From Sphingomonadales bacterium (GTDB lineage Bacteria > Pseudomonadota > Alphaproteobacteria > Sphingomonadales > Sphingomonadaceae), in NCBI GenBank assembly GCA_038204585.1, contig JBBRCT010000007.1, forward strand, positions 29,592 to 93,591: a stretch of DNA of 64,000 bases, written 5' to 3'. The translations under genes were made by a program, and so were the position numbers. Positions within the stretch are counted from its first letter, which is position 1. Each line of letters starts with the position of its first letter. This document shows positions 26,452 through 39,156 of this stretch, piece after piece. The notes under the pieces were generated by a model that searched no databases, was not told where the DNA came from, and was given only the letters and a program-made list of their open reading frames with translations.

Positions 26452-26841
26452 ATGATTGGATATGTGACGCTCGGCACAAACCATCTCGACAAGGCTGTGG
26501 CATTTTATGATGCGCTTTTGGGGCCGTTGGGCGCCAGCCGATTGATGCCGATGCCGCAAGGCGGCTTTGTATGGGGCACGGATTGGGGCCAGCCGATGCT
26601 GGCGGTCAGCCCGCCTTTTGATGGCAAGCCTGCGACGGTTGGCAATGGTGTGATGGTGGCGCTGATGCTGGATAGCCGCGAGGCTATTGATGCCCTGCAT
26701 GCACGCGCGCTGGCGGCGGGCGGCAGCGACGAAGGCTCGCCGGGGCTGCGCGGCACTGAGGGTGAGCAGGCTTTTTATGGCGGGTATTTCAGGGATCTGG
26801 ATGGCAACAAGCTGTGTGCGTTTCGCATGGGGCCTGCCTGA
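26452..26841 (+). CDS. VOC/glyoxalase family protein
   Basis: MIGYVTLGTN, GNGVMVA, FYGGYFRDLDGNKL. Confidence 0.92.
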   Translation: MIGYVTLGTNHLDKAVAFYDALLGPLGASRLMPMPQGGFVWGTDWGQPMLAVSPPFDGKPATVGNGVMVALMLDSREAIDALHARALAAGGSDEGSPGLRGTEGEQAFYGGYFRDLDGNKLCAFRMGPA

Positions 26842-27455
26842 CGACGCTTGATGCCGAATTGCGCGAGCGGGACCGCGAGCTTTGGCTGGCGACGCTCTAT
26901 GCGCCGGCCGGGGTTCGGCCGGCGCTGGTGAGCCTGTTTGCGCTGGACGCAGCCCTGCGTAACATCACTGAAACGGTGAGCGATCCGATGGTGGGCGCGA
27001 TACGCCTGGCATGGTGGCGCGATGCGCTGCGCGCTCTTGATGGTGGTCGTGCGCCAGATGAGCCGCATCTGCAGGCCATAGCCAAGTTTGTGCTGCCGAT
27101 GGGTGTCTCGGGTGCTGATCTGGCAGGGCTTGAGGAGCGGTGGGGATGCCGGTTGGCGAGCGATCTCGACGAGACGGGTGAACGGGCGGCCGAGGCTGAG
27201 GGCGGTGCACTTTTGTTTGGGCTGGCGGGGAGACTTTTGGGCGGGGATGAAGCGCTGGCTGCAGCGCTTGGACGTGGTTGGGCTGTGGGGCAAGGTTGGA
27301 ATGGCATCGTTGTGGGCGCGTTGCGGCCGTTGCTGGCGCTGGCTATGCTGGGGATGAGGGATGCTGAGGATGTGGCGGCTGGGCGGCCCCGCGCGGCGCG
27401 GGCAGGGGCTGGGCGGCAACTCAGGATGTTATGGGCAGTTGCCAGCGGGCGCTGA
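26814..27455 (+). CDS. Squalene/phytoene synthase-fold protein (NDUFAF6-like); start uncertain
   Basis: DRELWLATLYAP, PMVGAIRLAWWRDAL; no DxxxD motif. Confidence 0.75.
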   Translation: MCVSHGACLTTLDAELRERDRELWLATLYAPAGVRPALVSLFALDAALRNITETVSDPMVGAIRLAWWRDALRALDGGRAPDEPHLQAIAKFVLPMGVSGADLAGLEERWGCRLASDLDETGERAAEAEGGALLFGLAGRLLGGDEALAAALGRGWAVGQGWNGIVVGALRPLLALAMLGMRDAEDVAAGRPRAARAGAGRQLRMLWAVASGR

Positions 27456-27493
27456 GGGCGGCTAGAGACTGGCTGAGGGTCTGAAATGGGGTC

Positions 27494-27958
27494 GTGATGC
27501 GGCGTCTGCTGGCTTTTTCCGTGGCTTTTATTGCGCTTATTGCAGCGGGGTTCCTGTGGACCCGAGACCGTCCGGTTGCGGAGGCGCAGACTGCCTTGCC
27601 GCCGGCTGCGGCGCCGATGTCCTACTCGAATGCGTCCCCTCTTCCGAGCGCGCCAAAATCGCCTTTGACGCCTGAGCAACGGGAGGCGCGGCGGTTCAAC
27701 CGTTATGACAAGGACAAGGATGACCTGATCGACCGGGGCGAATATCTCGTTAACCGGCAGAAGGCCTTTGTCAAAGCGGATGCGAATGGTGACGGCCGCC
27801 TGGATTTTGAAGAATTTGCGGTGACGACATCGCGCAAGTTCAAAAAGACCGACCGTAACGGCGATGGTCATTTGGGTCGTGAAGAATTTGCCACAACGGC
27901 TGTGAAACGCCGGGCACCGGAAAAGGCGGCGCCCTGCAAGTGCGAGGCCGAGGACTGA
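27494..27958 (+). CDS. EF-hand domain protein with N-terminal TM
   Basis: DKDKDDLIDRGE, DANGDGRLDFEE, DRNGDGHLGREE. Confidence 0.9.
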   Translation: MMRRLLAFSVAFIALIAAGFLWTRDRPVAEAQTALPPAAAPMSYSNASPLPSAPKSPLTPEQREARRFNRYDKDKDDLIDRGEYLVNRQKAFVKADANGDGRLDFEEFAVTTSRKFKKTDRNGDGHLGREEFATTAVKRRAPEKAAPCKCEAED

Positions 27959-27963
27959 ACATA

Positions 27964-28959
27964 TTATTGTTTTTTGCGGCGTTCCAGAGCTTCGGTGGCG
28001 AGCCAGGAGATTGCGTGAACGGCGAGGGTCATCACGCCTTGTGCGGCCATCAGGGCGGCGACGGCGGGGGCTTCATCGTTGGCGAGGCTGACCGCGGCGG
28101 CGGCAAAGAGCAGCTGTTTGTTGGGCAGCGGCAGGCGGGCGATGACAAGGCGGAGTGCGCCGAGCAGCAGCCATGCTGAAAATCCAACGAGCGGCAGGGC
28201 TACAAGCCAGGTGCCGACGAGCAGCGCATGGGCCAGGCTGACACGGGCAAAGTGCAGGACGAAGCTGCGCAGATTTGCGCGCACGGTCAGGCTGAACAGA
28301 CGGTTGCGATTAAACAGGATGAGAATGTTGATGGCGATGAGGGCGGCAAAGCCGAGGCCGCCCTGCCTCAGCAACTTTGGATCAAGGGCTGACCCGAGCG
28401 CGTCACCCGCCCCCATGGCGATGGCGAGGAGGAGCATGATGAGCGTGAAAAGATTGCCAGCCAGCCCGGAGGTGATGGCGGCATCCTTGACGTCGGCGAA
28501 AGGATTCTGGCCCGGTTCCAGGCCCTTGCTGGTGCCGCGGCCGGCGATGCTGGGGGGATTGGCGGGATCAAACGCCGCGCCGGAGCGACGCGCGGCCCAG
28601 GCCAGGAGCCAGCCTTCACCGGCATAGGCGAACAGGGTTTCATTGAGCGCGTGTTTGCGCAGGAAGATAGCGATATCCGACGGGCGCAGCGTCCACCACG
28701 GGCGATAGATCAGCCAGTCGATAATGGGCTGGGTGAGATATTGGCCGATGAAGAACAGCCAGAAAGCGAATGCTGCCAGCGGAGACTTGGGCAAAACCTC
28801 GATGAGATTGAACCAGCCGATGGCATTGATGGCGCGGATGAGCAGGGCGAAGATGAACAGCGACAGGACAACACTGATGACCTGGCCTGTACGGCGGCCG
28901 GCGGGGGTTCGGGCCCAGCCTTTAGTGGCTTCAATGCGGTGCCAGGGGCTGCTGCTCAT
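27964..28959 (-). CDS. Multi-pass membrane protein (LPG synthase TM/flippase-like)
   Basis: Several hydrophobic segments; LNETLFAYAGE and VKDAAITS motifs; coupled to the GNAT gene. Confidence 0.65.
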   Translation of the reverse strand: MSSSPWHRIEATKGWARTPAGRRTGQVISVVLSLFIFALLIRAINAIGWFNLIEVLPKSPLAAFAFWLFFIGQYLTQPIIDWLIYRPWWTLRPSDIAIFLRKHALNETLFAYAGEGWLLAWAARRSGAAFDPANPPSIAGRGTSKGLEPGQNPFADVKDAAITSGLAGNLFTLIMLLLAIAMGAGDALGSALDPKLLRQGGLGFAALIAINILILFNRNRLFSLTVRANLRSFVLHFARVSLAHALLVGTWLVALPLVGFSAWLLLGALRLVIARLPLPNKQLLFAAAAVSLANDEAPAVAALMAAQGVMTLAVHAISWLATEALERRKKQ

Positions 28960-29501
28960 GCGAGATAGGCGATGGGGCCGGTTGCGAAGGCGGCTTGATT
29001 GATAGCGTAAATGACGTGTGGGACAGGCTGGCCGGCAATATGGGTGATGAATGTCCGGCGAATGAGGACAGCGCCTATCTTCTCGACCGCACGGCGCGAG
29101 CGGCGGTTCTCTTCGCCGATCAGGAAGATGACCGACGCGAAGGCTTGCAGCGCATGGGCGAGCATCAGGGCCTTCATCGACGGGTTGGCGAGCGTGCCCC
29201 AGTGCGAACGGGCGAGGAAGGTCCAGCCGATTTCGACTTCGCCGGCTCCGGCGCGCGTCGTGTCGAAGCGTGACGATCCGATGACGGCGCCTGTGGCGGT
29301 ATCAGTTGCGAGCAGCGCGCCGCCGCTGGCCATAGCATCATCGAAAAAGGCATTGAACACGGGCACCTGCCAGCGGTTATTGGCGGGATGTTGTTCCCAG
29401 ATCAGCGGGTCGGCGGCGATAGCATAAAGCGCGGCACGGTCTGTGGCCTCAAGCGGACGCAGGGTGACGAGCGAATTGGCGAGGTGAGGCTGGAGGGTCA
29501 T
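28956..29501 (-). CDS. GNAT (RimJ/RimL-like) N-acetyltransferase
   Basis: [33 protein letters not shown]. Confidence 0.9.
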   Translation of the reverse strand: MTLQPHLANSLVTLRPLEATDRAALYAIAADPLIWEQHPANNRWQVPVFNAFFDDAMASGGALLATDTATGAVIGSSRFDTTRAGAGEVEIGWTFLARSHWGTLANPSMKALMLAHALQAFASVIFLIGEENRRSRRAVEKIGAVLIRRTFITHIAGQPVPHVIYAINQAAFATGPIAYLA

Positions 29502-30832
29502 GCGGTGATCCAGGTGGCGAGATCGTTGCGGGCGCGGGCGACGAGCATGGGTTTACGCTGATCCTTGGAAGGCGCGGTGGGACTGAGCGGCGGGAACAGA
29601 CCGAAGTTGACGTTCATGGGCTGGAAGCTCCTGGCATCCGCTCCCCCGGTGATATGAGAGAGGAGGGCGCCCATGGCGGTGGTGGGCGGCGGTGGTATGG
29701 GCATGCGCCCTTGGCGCTCGGCAATAGCGAAGCGGGCGGCGACGAGGCCGATGGCGGCGGACTCGACATAGCCCTCACAGCCGGTGATCTGGCCGGCGAA
29801 GCGGATGCGCGGATCAAGCTTGAGGCGAAGGGTTTCATCGAGGAGCACTGGCGACTTTATGAAGGTGTTGCGGTGGAGGCCGCCGAGGCGCGCGAACTGG
29901 GCATTTTCAAGGCCGGGGATCGTGCGGAAGACGCGAACCTGCTCGGCGTGCTTCATCTTGGTCTGGAAGCCGACCATGTTCCACAATGTGCCCAGCGCAT
30001 TGTCCTGCCGCAGCTGAACCACGGCGAAGGCGCGGCGCCCGGTGGCGGGGTTGGTGAGCCCGACGGGTTTCATCGGGCCGAATCGTGGCGTGTTCCGGCC
30101 GCGCTCGGCCATGACTTCGATGGGCATGCAGCCATCGAAATAGGGGGTATTGGCTTCCCAGTCTTTGAAGCTGGCCTTTTCGGCGGCGAGCATGGCGTCG
30201 ATGAAGTGGTTATACTGCTCCTTGTCCATCGGGCAGTTGAGATAATCGGTGGTGCCGCCGCTTTCATTCTCGCGGTCCCAGCGGGATTGGGCCCAGGCGA
30301 TATCGAGGTTGATCGATTCGTGGTGGATGACCGGGGCGATGGCATCGAAGAAGGCGAGTTGATCCTGGCCGGTGAGGTCGCGGATGGCCTCGGCCAGCGG
30401 TGTGGCTGTCAGGGGCCCGGTGGCGATGATGACATTGTCCCAGTCAGCCGGGGGCAGGCCATCGATCAGCTCACGGCGGATGGTGACATTTGGGTGCGCT
30501 TCGAGCGTCTCGGTGACATGGGCAGCGAAGATATCCCGGTCTACGGCGAGCGCTGAGCCTGCGGGCACACGGGCTTTGTCGGCAGCGAGCATGATGAGGC
30601 TCCCGAGTTCACGCATTTCGGCGTGGAGGAGGCCGACGGCGTTATTGTTCGGATCATCGGAGCGGAAGCTGTTTGAGCAGACAAGCTCGGCAAGACGGTC
30701 GGTGTGGTGGGCCTCGGTTTTATGGGGGCCACGCATCTCGTGAAGTATGACGGAGACGCCAGCCTGTGCGAGCTGCCAGGCGGCTTCGCTGCCGGCAAGG
30801 CCGCCGCCGATGATGTGAACAGGATTAATCAT
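29498..30832 (-). CDS. trmFO: Folate-dependent tRNA m5U54 methyltransferase TrmFO
   Basis: [44 protein letters not shown]. Confidence 0.97.
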   Translation of the reverse strand: MINPVHIIGGGLAGSEAAWQLAQAGVSVILHEMRGPHKTEAHHTDRLAELVCSNSFRSDDPNNNAVGLLHAEMRELGSLIMLAADKARVPAGSALAVDRDIFAAHVTETLEAHPNVTIRRELIDGLPPADWDNVIIATGPLTATPLAEAIRDLTGQDQLAFFDAIAPVIHHESINLDIAWAQSRWDRENESGGTTDYLNCPMDKEQYNHFIDAMLAAEKASFKDWEANTPYFDGCMPIEVMAERGRNTPRFGPMKPVGLTNPATGRRAFAVVQLRQDNALGTLWNMVGFQTKMKHAEQVRVFRTIPGLENAQFARLGGLHRNTFIKSPVLLDETLRLKLDPRIRFAGQITGCEGYVESAAIGLVAARFAIAERQGRMPIPPPPTTAMGALLSHITGGADARSFQPMNVNFGLFPPLSPTAPSKDQRKPMLVARARNDLATWITA

Positions 30833-30884
30833 CCGGGGTGCATGCCGCGAGCTGGCAACGTTCGCAAGTGCGGCGAAACCCTGC

Positions 30885-30913
30885 TTCCCCTTGCGGTCAG
30901 GCGTGTCTATAGC
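30885..30913 (+). promoter_or_regulatory. Possible sigma70 promoter for the nuoG-N unit
   Basis: TTCCCC-N17-TATAGC upstream of nuoG; the -35 element is weak. Confidence 0.3.
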
Positions 30914-30964
30914 GTGCCACCAACGCCTGTGCTTCGACGCGGGTGGCGTATTACGGAAAGAATT

Positions 30965-32980
30965 ATGCCCAAGCTAACCGTTGACGGAATCGAAGTTGAG
31001 GTGCCCGCTGGCGCCACGGTTCTGCAGGCGTGCGAGGCAGCCGGGGCCGAGATACCGCGCTTTTGTTATCATGAGCGGCTGAGCATTGCCGGCAATTGCC
31101 GGATGTGTCTGGTGGACATGGAGAAAGCGCCGAAGCCGGTGGCGAGCTGCGCGATGCCTGCCGCTGATGGCCAGGTGGTCTTTACGCGCACACCCAAGGT
31201 GAAGAAGGCACGCGAGGGGGTGATGGAGTTTTTGCTCATCAACCATCCGCTCGACTGCCCGATTTGCGACCAGGGCGGTGAATGCGATTTGCAGGACCAG
31301 GCGCTGGCTTATGGGCGCGGCGGCTCGCGGTATGATGAGAACAAGCGGGCGGTGACCGAGAAATTCATGGGGCCACTGGTCAAGACGATCATGACGCGGT
31401 GCATTCACTGCACGCGGTGTGTGCGTTTTGCCGAGGAAATCGCGGGCGTTGAGGAGATTGGTGCGGTCGGGCGCGGCGAGAATATGGAGATCACAAGCTA
31501 TCTTGAGAAGGCTGTGACGAGCGAAGTGTCGGGCAATATCATCGATTTGTGTCCGGTGGGGGCGCTGACCAGCAAGCCGTATGCGTTTCAGGCGCGGCCC
31601 TGGGAGCTGAAGAAGACCGATGGCATCGATGTGATGGATGCGGTGGGGACAAATATCGTCATCGGCAGCCGTGGCCCTGCGGTGCTGCGGGTGACGCCGC
31701 GGATCAATGATGATGTCAACGAAGAGTGGTTGGCCGACAAGGGGCGGTTTGCGCATGATGGTTTGCGCGAGCGGCGGTTGGACAGCCCCTGGGTTCGGCG
31801 TAATGGCACGCTGGTGAAGGCGAGTTGGGCTGAAGCTTTTGCGGCGGTGAAGGCCGGGCTTGAGGGGGTATCGGGGGGCGAGATTGCCGGGGTTGTCGGC
31901 GATTTGTGCGCGGTTGAGGAGATGGTGGCGTTTAAGGATCTGCTGGCGGCGCTGGGCGCCGGGCGCGTGGAATGTCGGCAGGATGGGGCTGAATTTTGGG
32001 GTTTGCGAGGTGATTACCTGCTGGGGTCGGGGTTGGCGGGGCTGGAGCGGGCGGATGTGATCCTGCTGGTAGGGACGGACCCCCGGCGCGAGGCGCCGCT
32101 TGCCAATGTTCGTCTTCGCAAGGCGGTGATGAAGGGCCGGGCCAAGGTTTTTGGTATCGGGCCGACGGTGGACCTGACCTATCCGGTGACGTGGCTTGGT
32201 GAGGATGCAAGGGTGTTGGCCGCATTGCCGGCGGAAGTGGTGGCAGCGCTTGAAGGGGCAGAGCGGCCAGCGATTATGGTTGGCATGGGGGGGCTGCGCA
32301 CATCGGGTGTGTGGGCGGCGGCTCAGGCGCTGGCGCGGCAGTTCAGGGTGCGGCGTGAGGGCTGGAATGGCTGGAATGTGTTGCATACGGCGGCGGCACG
32401 CGTTGGCGGGATGGATCTGGGGCTGACGACCGAGGGCGGGATTGACGAGATTTTGGCTGACCATGGGCTGAAGGCGGTGTTTCTGCTTGGGGCGGATGAG
32501 TTTGACATGGCGCGGCTGAAGGACCGGTTTGTGGTCTATGTGGGGACGCATGGCGATGCCGGGGTGCGGCATGCCGATGTGATTTTGCCGGGCGCTGCTT
32601 ATACGGAAAAGCCGGGGACGTGGGTGAATATGGAGGGGCGGGTGCAGCGAGGGTTGCGCGCCGTGTTCCCGCCGGGTGATGCGCGTGAGGACTGGACCAT
32701 CCTGCGGGCTTTGAGTGCTGTTATGGGTTTGACCTTGCCCTATGATGACTTGGGGGCGCTGAGGGCGCGGATGGTGGCGGAATGGCCACATCTTGGGGAT
32801 TTGAGTGTGTTACCGGGGGATTTGCCGGCGCTGAGCGTGCAGGAGCAGGCGGTTTCGGGGGTGTTGCGGTCGGCATTTGGCAATTATTATCTGACCAATC
32901 CGGTGGCGCGGGCGAGCGAGACCATGGCGGAATGTGTGGCGCAGATTCTGGGCGGTGACGCTCGGGAGGCGGCGGAATGA
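30965..32980 (+). CDS. nuoG: NADH-quinone oxidoreductase subunit G
   Basis: [40 protein letters not shown]; ATG 30965 follows GGAAAG. Confidence 0.97.
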   Translation: MPKLTVDGIEVEVPAGATVLQACEAAGAEIPRFCYHERLSIAGNCRMCLVDMEKAPKPVASCAMPAADGQVVFTRTPKVKKAREGVMEFLLINHPLDCPICDQGGECDLQDQALAYGRGGSRYDENKRAVTEKFMGPLVKTIMTRCIHCTRCVRFAEEIAGVEEIGAVGRGENMEITSYLEKAVTSEVSGNIIDLCPVGALTSKPYAFQARPWELKKTDGIDVMDAVGTNIVIGSRGPAVLRVTPRINDDVNEEWLADKGRFAHDGLRERRLDSPWVRRNGTLVKASWAEAFAAVKAGLEGVSGGEIAGVVGDLCAVEEMVAFKDLLAALGAGRVECRQDGAEFWGLRGDYLLGSGLAGLERADVILLVGTDPRREAPLANVRLRKAVMKGRAKVFGIGPTVDLTYPVTWLGEDARVLAALPAEVVAALEGAERPAIMVGMGGLRTSGVWAAAQALARQFRVRREGWNGWNVLHTAAARVGGMDLGLTTEGGIDEILADHGLKAVFLLGADEFDMARLKDRFVVYVGTHGDAGVRHADVILPGAAYTEKPGTWVNMEGRVQRGLRAVFPPGDAREDWTILRALSAVMGLTLPYDDLGALRARMVAEWPHLGDLSVLPGDLPALSVQEQAVSGVLRSAFGNYYLTNPVARASETMAECVAQILGGDAREAAE

Positions 32981-34065
32981 CGTTTACCGGGTGGTTTCAG
33001 GGTGTGTTTGGTGATGGTTTGGGGTGGTTTCTGGCCACGCTGGCGCTGATCCTGGCCATTGTGCTGCCGGTGATGGTGGGCGTGGCGATGGCGGTTTATG
33101 CGGATCGCAAGATCTGGGCGGCGATGCAGATGCGGCGCGGGCCGAATGTTGTGGGGCCATTTGGCCTGCTGCAGACCTTTGCTGATGCAGCAAAGCTGTT
33201 TTTGAAGGAGACGATCATTCCTTCAGGGGCGAGCCGGGCGGTGTTCTTGCTGGCGCCGATGATTTCATTCGTGCTGGCGCTGGCGATCTGGGCTGTGATG
33301 CCATTTGATGCCGGGCTGGTGCTGGCTGATCTGAATGTCGGGCTGCTCTATGTGTTCGCGGTGAGCTCGATGGGGGTCTATGGCATCATTATGTCGGGCT
33401 GGGCTTCGAACTCCAAATATCCGTTTCTGGGCGGCCTGCGCTCGGCGGCGCAGATGGTCTCTTATGAAGTGTCGATGGGGTTCATTCTGGTGGCGGTGAT
33501 GCTTTATGCGCAGTCGCTGAACCTGTCCGACATCGTGATGGCGCAGAAGGGCAATGTGCTGGGGATTTTGAACGGCAACATCTTCAATCCGCTGCTGTTT
33601 CCGATGGCGATCATGTTCTTCATTACCGCATTGGCCGAGACTAACCGGCCACCGTTCGACTTGCCCGAAGCGGAGGCGGAACTGGTGGCGGGCTATCAGG
33701 TCGAATATTCCTCGATGTCGTTCGCGCTGTTCTTCTTGGGCGAATATGCAAACATTCTGTTCATGTGTGCGCTGATCCCGGTGTTGTTTCTGGGGGGCTG
33801 GCTGCCGCCGCTGGATATTCCGTTCCTTTATCTGGTCCCGGGATTCATCTGGATGCTGGGCAAGATGGCGTTCATGTTCTTTTGCTTCGCATGGGTGAAG
33901 GCGGCGGTGCCGCGCTACCGCTATGACCAGCTGATGCGGCTGGGGTGGAAGGTGTTTTTGCCGCTGAGCCTGTTCTGGGTTGTGGTGGTGAGTGGCTGGC
34001 TTTTGTTTTTTACGGATAAGTTTGCGACGGCGCCGGGGCGCGCTCTTGGGAGTGTTGTACTGTGA
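32977..34065 (+). CDS. nuoH: NADH-quinone oxidoreductase subunit H
   Basis: [34 protein letters not shown]. Confidence 0.97.
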   Translation: MTFTGWFQGVFGDGLGWFLATLALILAIVLPVMVGVAMAVYADRKIWAAMQMRRGPNVVGPFGLLQTFADAAKLFLKETIIPSGASRAVFLLAPMISFVLALAIWAVMPFDAGLVLADLNVGLLYVFAVSSMGVYGIIMSGWASNSKYPFLGGLRSAAQMVSYEVSMGFILVAVMLYAQSLNLSDIVMAQKGNVLGILNGNIFNPLLFPMAIMFFITALAETNRPPFDLPEAEAELVAGYQVEYSSMSFALFFLGEYANILFMCALIPVLFLGGWLPPLDIPFLYLVPGFIWMLGKMAFMFFCFAWVKAAVPRYRYDQLMRLGWKVFLPLSLFWVVVVSGWLLFFTDKFATAPGRALGSVVL

Positions 34066-34550
34066 GTGCTGTTTTCAATGCTGCCAAATCTCTGCTGTTG
34101 CTGGAATTTCTCGGCGGCCTTGGTTTGACGCTGAAGTATTTTTTCAAGCCCAAGGTTACGTTGAACTACCCTTATGAGAAGGGGCCGATTTCGCCGCGAT
34201 TTCGGGGCGAACATGCGCTGCGGCGCTACCCGAATGGTGAGGAGCGGTGCATTGCTTGCAAGCTCTGCGAGGCGGTGTGTCCGGCGCAGGCGATAACCAT
34301 CGAGGCCGAGCCGCGGGAGGATGGGTCACGCCGGACGACGCGCTATGACATCGACATGACCAAATGCATCTATTGCGGGCTGTGCCAGGAAGCATGCCCG
34401 GTGGATGCGATTGTCGAGGGGCCGAACTTCGAATTCGCGACCGAAACGCGCGAGGAGCTGATTTACGACAAGGACAAGCTGCTGGCGAATGGCGACAAGT
34501 GGGAGCGGGCGATCGCTGCAAACCTTGCGGCGGATGCGCGGTGGCGGTAA
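34062..34550 (+). CDS. nuoI: NADH-quinone oxidoreductase subunit I
   Basis: [12 protein letters not shown] and [12 protein letters not shown]. Confidence 0.98.
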   Translation: MSAVFNAAKSLLLLEFLGGLGLTLKYFFKPKVTLNYPYEKGPISPRFRGEHALRRYPNGEERCIACKLCEAVCPAQAITIEAEPREDGSRRTTRYDIDMTKCIYCGLCQEACPVDAIVEGPNFEFATETREELIYDKDKLLANGDKWERAIAANLAADARWR

Positions 34551-34620
34551 GGCCCGCGGCGACTCCTGCGGCGCTCTGTCGGCGGGTTCGGATGCACCGG
34601 GCTGCCGGTGCTGGTGAGTT

Positions 34621-35253
34621 GTGACAACAGCGGTTTTTGCCTTTTATCTGTTTGCCGTGGTTCTGATCACCTCGGCAGTGCTGGTGATCACAGCGAAGAA
34701 TCCGGTGCATTCTGTGCTCTGGCTGATCGTGTCGTTTTTCAACGCCGGCGGGCTGTTCATTTTGCTGGGGGCCGAGTTTTTGGCGATGCTTTTGATCATT
34801 GTCTATGTCGGCGCGGTCGCGGTTTTGTTCCTGTTCGTGGTGATGATGCTCGACGTTGATTTTGCGACGTTGCGCAAGGGCTTCTGGTCGAACCTGCCGC
34901 TGGGGCTTGGGGTTTCGGCGGTTATTTTGGCTGAAATGGTTCTGGCGGTCGGGAGTTGGGTGCCGGCGGAGGCTGTTGTCATGGGCCGCCTGCCAGGCGG
35001 GGCCCCCGAGGGCATGACCAATACGCAGTGGATCGGATCGGTGATGTACACCGACTATCTGTTTGTGTTTCAGGCGGCAGGCCTTGTGCTGCTGGTGGCA
35101 ATGATCGGTGCGATCGTGCTGACGCATCGGACGCGCGAAGGCGTGAAACGGCAGGACATTGGCAGGCAGGTGGCGCGCACACCGGCGGGTGCGACGCAAA
35201 CGGCGAGGCCTGCGCTCGGCGCCGGGGTCGACCTCAGGGGAATGGACAAATGA
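34621..35253 (+). CDS. nuoJ: NADH-quinone oxidoreductase subunit J
   Basis: [26 protein letters not shown]. Confidence 0.96.
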   Translation: MTTAVFAFYLFAVVLITSAVLVITAKNPVHSVLWLIVSFFNAGGLFILLGAEFLAMLLIIVYVGAVAVLFLFVVMMLDVDFATLRKGFWSNLPLGLGVSAVILAEMVLAVGSWVPAEAVVMGRLPGGAPEGMTNTQWIGSVMYTDYLFVFQAAGLVLLVAMIGAIVLTHRTREGVKRQDIGRQVARTPAGATQTARPALGAGVDLRGMDK

Positions 35254-35555
35254 TCGGTCTGTCCCATTATCTGACGGTGTCGGCGATGCTGTTTGTGCTG
35301 GGCGTGCTCGGCATCTTTTTGAACCGGAAGAACGTCATCATCATTCTGATGGCGATTGAGCTGATTTTGCTCGCGGTGAACATTAACTTCGTGGCTTTTG
35401 CGGCGCATCTGGGCCAAGTGCATGGGCAGATTTTTGCGATGCTGGTGCTCACTGTGGCGGCCGGTGAGGCGGCGATTGGTTTGGCAATTTTGGTTATCTA
35501 TTTCCGCAATCGCGGCACTATTGCCGTTGATGATGCGACCATGCTCAAGGGCTGA
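35250..35555 (+). CDS. nuoK: NADH-quinone oxidoreductase subunit K
   Basis: [23 protein letters not shown]; ATG 35250 overlaps the nuoJ stop. Confidence 0.96.
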   Translation: MIGLSHYLTVSAMLFVLGVLGIFLNRKNVIIILMAIELILLAVNINFVAFAAHLGQVHGQIFAMLVLTVAAGEAAIGLAILVIYFRNRGTIAVDDATMLKG

Positions 35556-35560
35556 GCGGC

Positions 35561-37576
35561 GTGATCCATATCCTTGTTTTTCTGCCGTTGCTGACGGCGT
35601 TGATTGCCGGGCTGGGCGGCCGGGCGATTGGGGCTGTTGCTGCGAAACTGCTGACGACCGGCGGGTTGTTTGTTTCGGCGATATTGGCCTGGGTTATTTT
35701 TGTTGGTTTTTGGCAGGACGGCACCGAGGCTTCGACTGTGCTGGTGTTGGACTGGATACGCTCGGGCGACCTTGTGGTGGATTGGGCGCTGAAGGTCGAC
35801 ATGCTGACGGCGGTGATGCTGGTGGTGGTGACGACCGTGGCCGCGCTCGTGCACCTCTATTCGTGGGGATACATGGAGGAGGATCCGTCGCAGAGCCGTT
35901 TCTTTGCCTATTTGTCGCTGTTTACGTTCGCCATGCTGATGTTGGTGACGGCCGATAATCTGGTGCAGATGTTCTTCGGGTGGGAAGGGGTCGGGCTGGC
36001 GTCTTATCTGCTCATCGGCTTCTGGTATCACAAGCCGAGCGCCAATGCGGCGGCGATAAAGGCGTTTGTCGTCAATCGGGTAGGCGACTTTGGGTTTTCG
36101 CTCGGGATTTTCGGGACGTTCATGGTTTTCGGGACTGTGTCGCTCGATGCGATCAATGCGGCTGTGCCTCTGGTGGCGGGCTCGACCTTTTCGTTTCTGG
36201 GGGGGCAGGTTGATGTGATGACCTGCCTTTGCCTGCTGCTTTTTGTGGGGGCGATGGGGAAATCTGCGCAGCTTGGGCTGCATACCTGGCTGCCCGATGC
36301 GATGGAGGGGCCGACGCCGGTTTCAGCGCTGATCCATGCAGCTACCATGGTGACGGCGGGGGTGTTCATGGTATGCCGGCTGTCCCCGATGTTTGAGGCG
36401 AGTGCGACGGCCCTTGCTGTTGTGACTTATGTTGGCGCTGCGACGGCGCTCTTTGCGGCGTCGGTGGCGCTGGTGCAGACTGATATCAAGCGGGTGATCG
36501 CCTATTCGACCTGCTCGCAGCTGGGATACATGTTCTTTGCGGCTGGCTCCGGGGCCTATGGGGCGGCGATGTTCCATCTGTTTACCCATGCATTCTTCAA
36601 GGCGTTGCTGTTTTTGGGGGCGGGCTCGGTCATTCATGCGATGCACCATGAGCAGGATATGCGGTTTTATGGTGGACTGCGTAAGGCCGTTCCGCTGACG
36701 TTTGCGATGATGACCGTGGGCACGCTGGCGCTGACGGGGTTCTTTTATACCGCAGGCTATTACTCCAAAGATGCGATTCTGGAGGCGGCGTTTGCCAGCG
36801 GGACTGATGCCGGGCAGCGAGCGTTCTTTATCGGTGCGCTGGTGGCGTTGATGACGAGCTTTTATTCGTGGCGATTGGTGTTTCTGACGTTTTTTGGGAC
36901 GCCGCGCTGGGCGGGGTCGGAGCATATTGCGCATGCGGCGCATCATGGCGATGACCATGGCCATTCGGACGATCCGACGGCGGGATATCATCCGCATGAG
37001 AGTCCGTGGACGATGACATTGCCGCTGGTGGTGCTGGCTGTGGGGGCGCTGTTTGCCGGGCTGGTGTTTCATGACGGCTTTGTGGGTGCTGAGGCTGGTG
37101 TGGCGTTCTGGCGGGACTCGATCGCGTTTGATGCCGGCCTGATGGAAGCGCTGCATCATGTGCCGGGATGGGTGGTTGCTGCCCCTTCGGTTGCTTTTTT
37201 TGCCGGGCTTTTGGGGGCTTATGTTGCATATATCGCACGGCCCGGGCTGCCCGGTGCTGTGGTGGCTGCGGTGCCGGCGCTGTATCGGTTTTTGAGCGAA
37301 AAATGGTATTTCGATAAATTATATGACCTGATTTTCGTGCGGCCTTCGATGGCGCTTGGGCGGTTTTTCTGGGTGCGGGGTGATCAGAAGACGATCGATG
37401 CGCTGGGGCCGGATGGTGCGGCAGCTGTGGTGGCTGGCGGCGCGTTGGCGGCGAGGCGGCTGCAATCAGGTCAGCTTTATGCCTATGCGCTGGTGATGCT
37501 GATAGGGATTGGAGCGCTGGCGGCGTGGTTTGTGCCGGATGCCTTTGCGGTTCTCTGGCAGGCGGGCGGGCAGTGA
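35561..37576 (+). CDS. nuoL: NADH-quinone oxidoreductase subunit L
   Basis: [42 protein letters not shown]. Confidence 0.97.
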   Translation: MIHILVFLPLLTALIAGLGGRAIGAVAAKLLTTGGLFVSAILAWVIFVGFWQDGTEASTVLVLDWIRSGDLVVDWALKVDMLTAVMLVVVTTVAALVHLYSWGYMEEDPSQSRFFAYLSLFTFAMLMLVTADNLVQMFFGWEGVGLASYLLIGFWYHKPSANAAAIKAFVVNRVGDFGFSLGIFGTFMVFGTVSLDAINAAVPLVAGSTFSFLGGQVDVMTCLCLLLFVGAMGKSAQLGLHTWLPDAMEGPTPVSALIHAATMVTAGVFMVCRLSPMFEASATALAVVTYVGAATALFAASVALVQTDIKRVIAYSTCSQLGYMFFAAGSGAYGAAMFHLFTHAFFKALLFLGAGSVIHAMHHEQDMRFYGGLRKAVPLTFAMMTVGTLALTGFFYTAGYYSKDAILEAAFASGTDAGQRAFFIGALVALMTSFYSWRLVFLTFFGTPRWAGSEHIAHAAHHGDDHGHSDDPTAGYHPHESPWTMTLPLVVLAVGALFAGLVFHDGFVGAEAGVAFWRDSIAFDAGLMEALHHVPGWVVAAPSVAFFAGLLGAYVAYIARPGLPGAVVAAVPALYRFLSEKWYFDKLYDLIFVRPSMALGRFFWVRGDQKTIDALGPDGAAAVVAGGALAARRLQSGQLYAYALVMLIGIGALAAWFVPDAFAVLWQAGGQ

Positions 37577-39156
37577 CGGACATGCCGATCCTGAGCCTGA
37601 TGATTGTTTTGCCCTTGCTGGCGGCGATGCTTGTGCTGGTGCTTCCCGGCGACGAGGCGGGCAAGGCACGGGCTTCGCGGTGGACCGCATTGGCGACGAC
37701 GCTTGTGCTGCTGGGGTTGGGGCTGACGCTTTGGCAGGGTTATGTGAACGATGCGCCGGGATTTCAGTTTGTCGAGCGGGCGGCGCTGTTCGGGCCGTGG
37801 CTGGAGTGGCATCTCGGGATAGACGGGATTGCGTTGATGCTGATCCTGCTCTCGGCGTTTTTGATGCCGCTGTGTGTGTTGGCGGGGTGGGAGAGCGTGA
37901 CGCGGCGGGTGCCGGAATATCTGGCGGCATTTCTGGTGATGGAAAGCCTGATGATCGGCACTTTTGCGGCGCGCGATATGCTGTTGTTTTATCTGTTCTT
38001 CGAGGCTGGGCTGATCCCGATGTTCCTGATCATCGGGATTTGGGGCGGGGCGCGGCGGATTTATGCGTCGTATAAGTTTTTTCTCTACACCTTGCTGGGC
38101 TCGGTGCTGATGCTGGTTGGCATGTTGTGGATGGTGAACGAGGTGGGCTCCACCGACATTGGCGTGCTGACGGCGTATGACTTTGATCCACGGGCACAGT
38201 TCTGGTTGTTCCTGGCGTTCTTTGCGAGCTTTGCGGTGAAGATGCCGATGTGGCCTGTGCACACCTGGCTGCCGGATGCGCATGTCGAGGCGCCGACGGC
38301 GGGATCGGTGATTCTGGCCGGTGTGCTGCTGAAGCTGGGCGGCTATGGGTTTGTGCGTTTCTCGCTGCCGATGTTTCCTGATGCGAGCGCGCAGCTGATT
38401 TGGCTGGTATTTGGGCTGTCGATGGTGGCGGTGGTTTATGCCTCTCTGGTCGCGCTTGTGCAGGCAGATATGAAAAAGCTGATCGCTTATTCCAGCGTGG
38501 CACACATGGCTTTCGTTACGGCTGGGCTGTTTGCACTGAATGAGCAGGGGATTGAGGGCTCACTGGTGATGATGCTCTCGCATGGGTTGGTGTCGGGTGC
38601 GTTGTTCCTGTGTGTGGGGGTGATTTATGACCGGCTCCATACGCGCGAGATTGCTCGTTATGGTGGATTGGCTGACACGATGCCGCGCTACGCGCTACTG
38701 CTGCTGTTCTTCACGATGGCGAGCGTTGGGCTGCCGGCGACGAGCGGCTTTGTGGCGGAATTTTTGGTCCTGATCGGGCTGTATCAGACGAGCACATGGG
38801 CGACATTTGTGATGACGACCGGGATTATATTGGGGGCCGCCTATATGCTCTGGCTTTACCGGCGGGTGGCGTTTGGTGCTGCTGCGGGGGACGATACACG
38901 GGCGATGCCTGACCTTAGTTTGCGCGAAACGGTGATTTTGCTGCCAGTGGTGGCGGCTGTGCTGTGGATGGGGATTTATCCGGCGAGTTTTCAGGAGCCT
39001 ATGAAGCCGGCGGTGGCGGCCATTGTCGAGCGGCTCGACGGGGTGGCGCTGGCGACGGTACCCACGGACATGACGATCCTTCAGGCCGCAGCGCCGCAGA
39101 CGGTGCCGGCAGGGCAGGCGGCGCGGCATCTGGTCAATATTGAGGCGGCGCACTGA
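37573..39156 (+). CDS. nuoM: NADH-quinone oxidoreductase subunit M
   Basis: [36 protein letters not shown]. Start is GTG 37573 or ATG 37582. Confidence 0.97.
   Translation: MTDMPILSLMIVLPLLAAMLVLVLPGDEAGKARASRWTALATTLVLLGLGLTLWQGYVNDAPGFQFVERAALFGPWLEWHLGIDGIALMLILLSAFLMPLCVLAGWESVTRRVPEYLAAFLVMESLMIGTFAARDMLLFYLFFEAGLIPMFLIIGIWGGARRIYASYKFFLYTLLGSVLMLVGMLWMVNEVGSTDIGVLTAYDFDPRAQFWLFLAFFASFAVKMPMWPVHTWLPDAHVEAPTAGSVILAGVLLKLGGYGFVRFSLPMFPDASAQLIWLVFGLSMVAVVYASLVALVQADMKKLIAYSSVAHMAFVTAGLFALNEQGIEGSLVMMLSHGLVSGALFLCVGVIYDRLHTREIARYGGLADTMPRYALLLLFFTMASVGLPATSGFVAEFLVLIGLYQTSTWATFVMTTGIILGAAYMLWLYRRVAFGAAAGDDTRAMPDLSLRETVILLPVVAAVLWMGIYPASFQEPMKPAVAAIVERLDGVALATVPTDMTILQAAAPQTVPAGQAARHLVNIEAAH

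Noticed and set aside
30704-30964. Long N-terminal extensions in the ORF track (nuoG, fliD, gltX, nuoK, TipN-like, DUF427, lexA)
   Set aside because: They overlap neighbouring genes or promoters; downstream ATGs match family N-termini and RBS or stop-start overlaps.
30974-32791. 605-aa antisense ORF, and similar long shadow ORFs (509-1702, 8557-9897, 16750-18021, 53902-54975)
   Set aside because: They mirror well-supported genes, are Arg/His/Pro-rich with no motifs, and are expected in high-GC DNA.
34551-34620. Hairpin GCACCGG-GCTG-CCGGTGC between nuoI and nuoJ as a terminator
   Set aside because: No U-tract and it is mid-operon; at most an mRNA stability element.
36920-37000. His-rich loop in NuoL as a novel metal-binding insertion
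   Set aside because: His-rich loops at this position are common in alphaproteobacterial NuoL.
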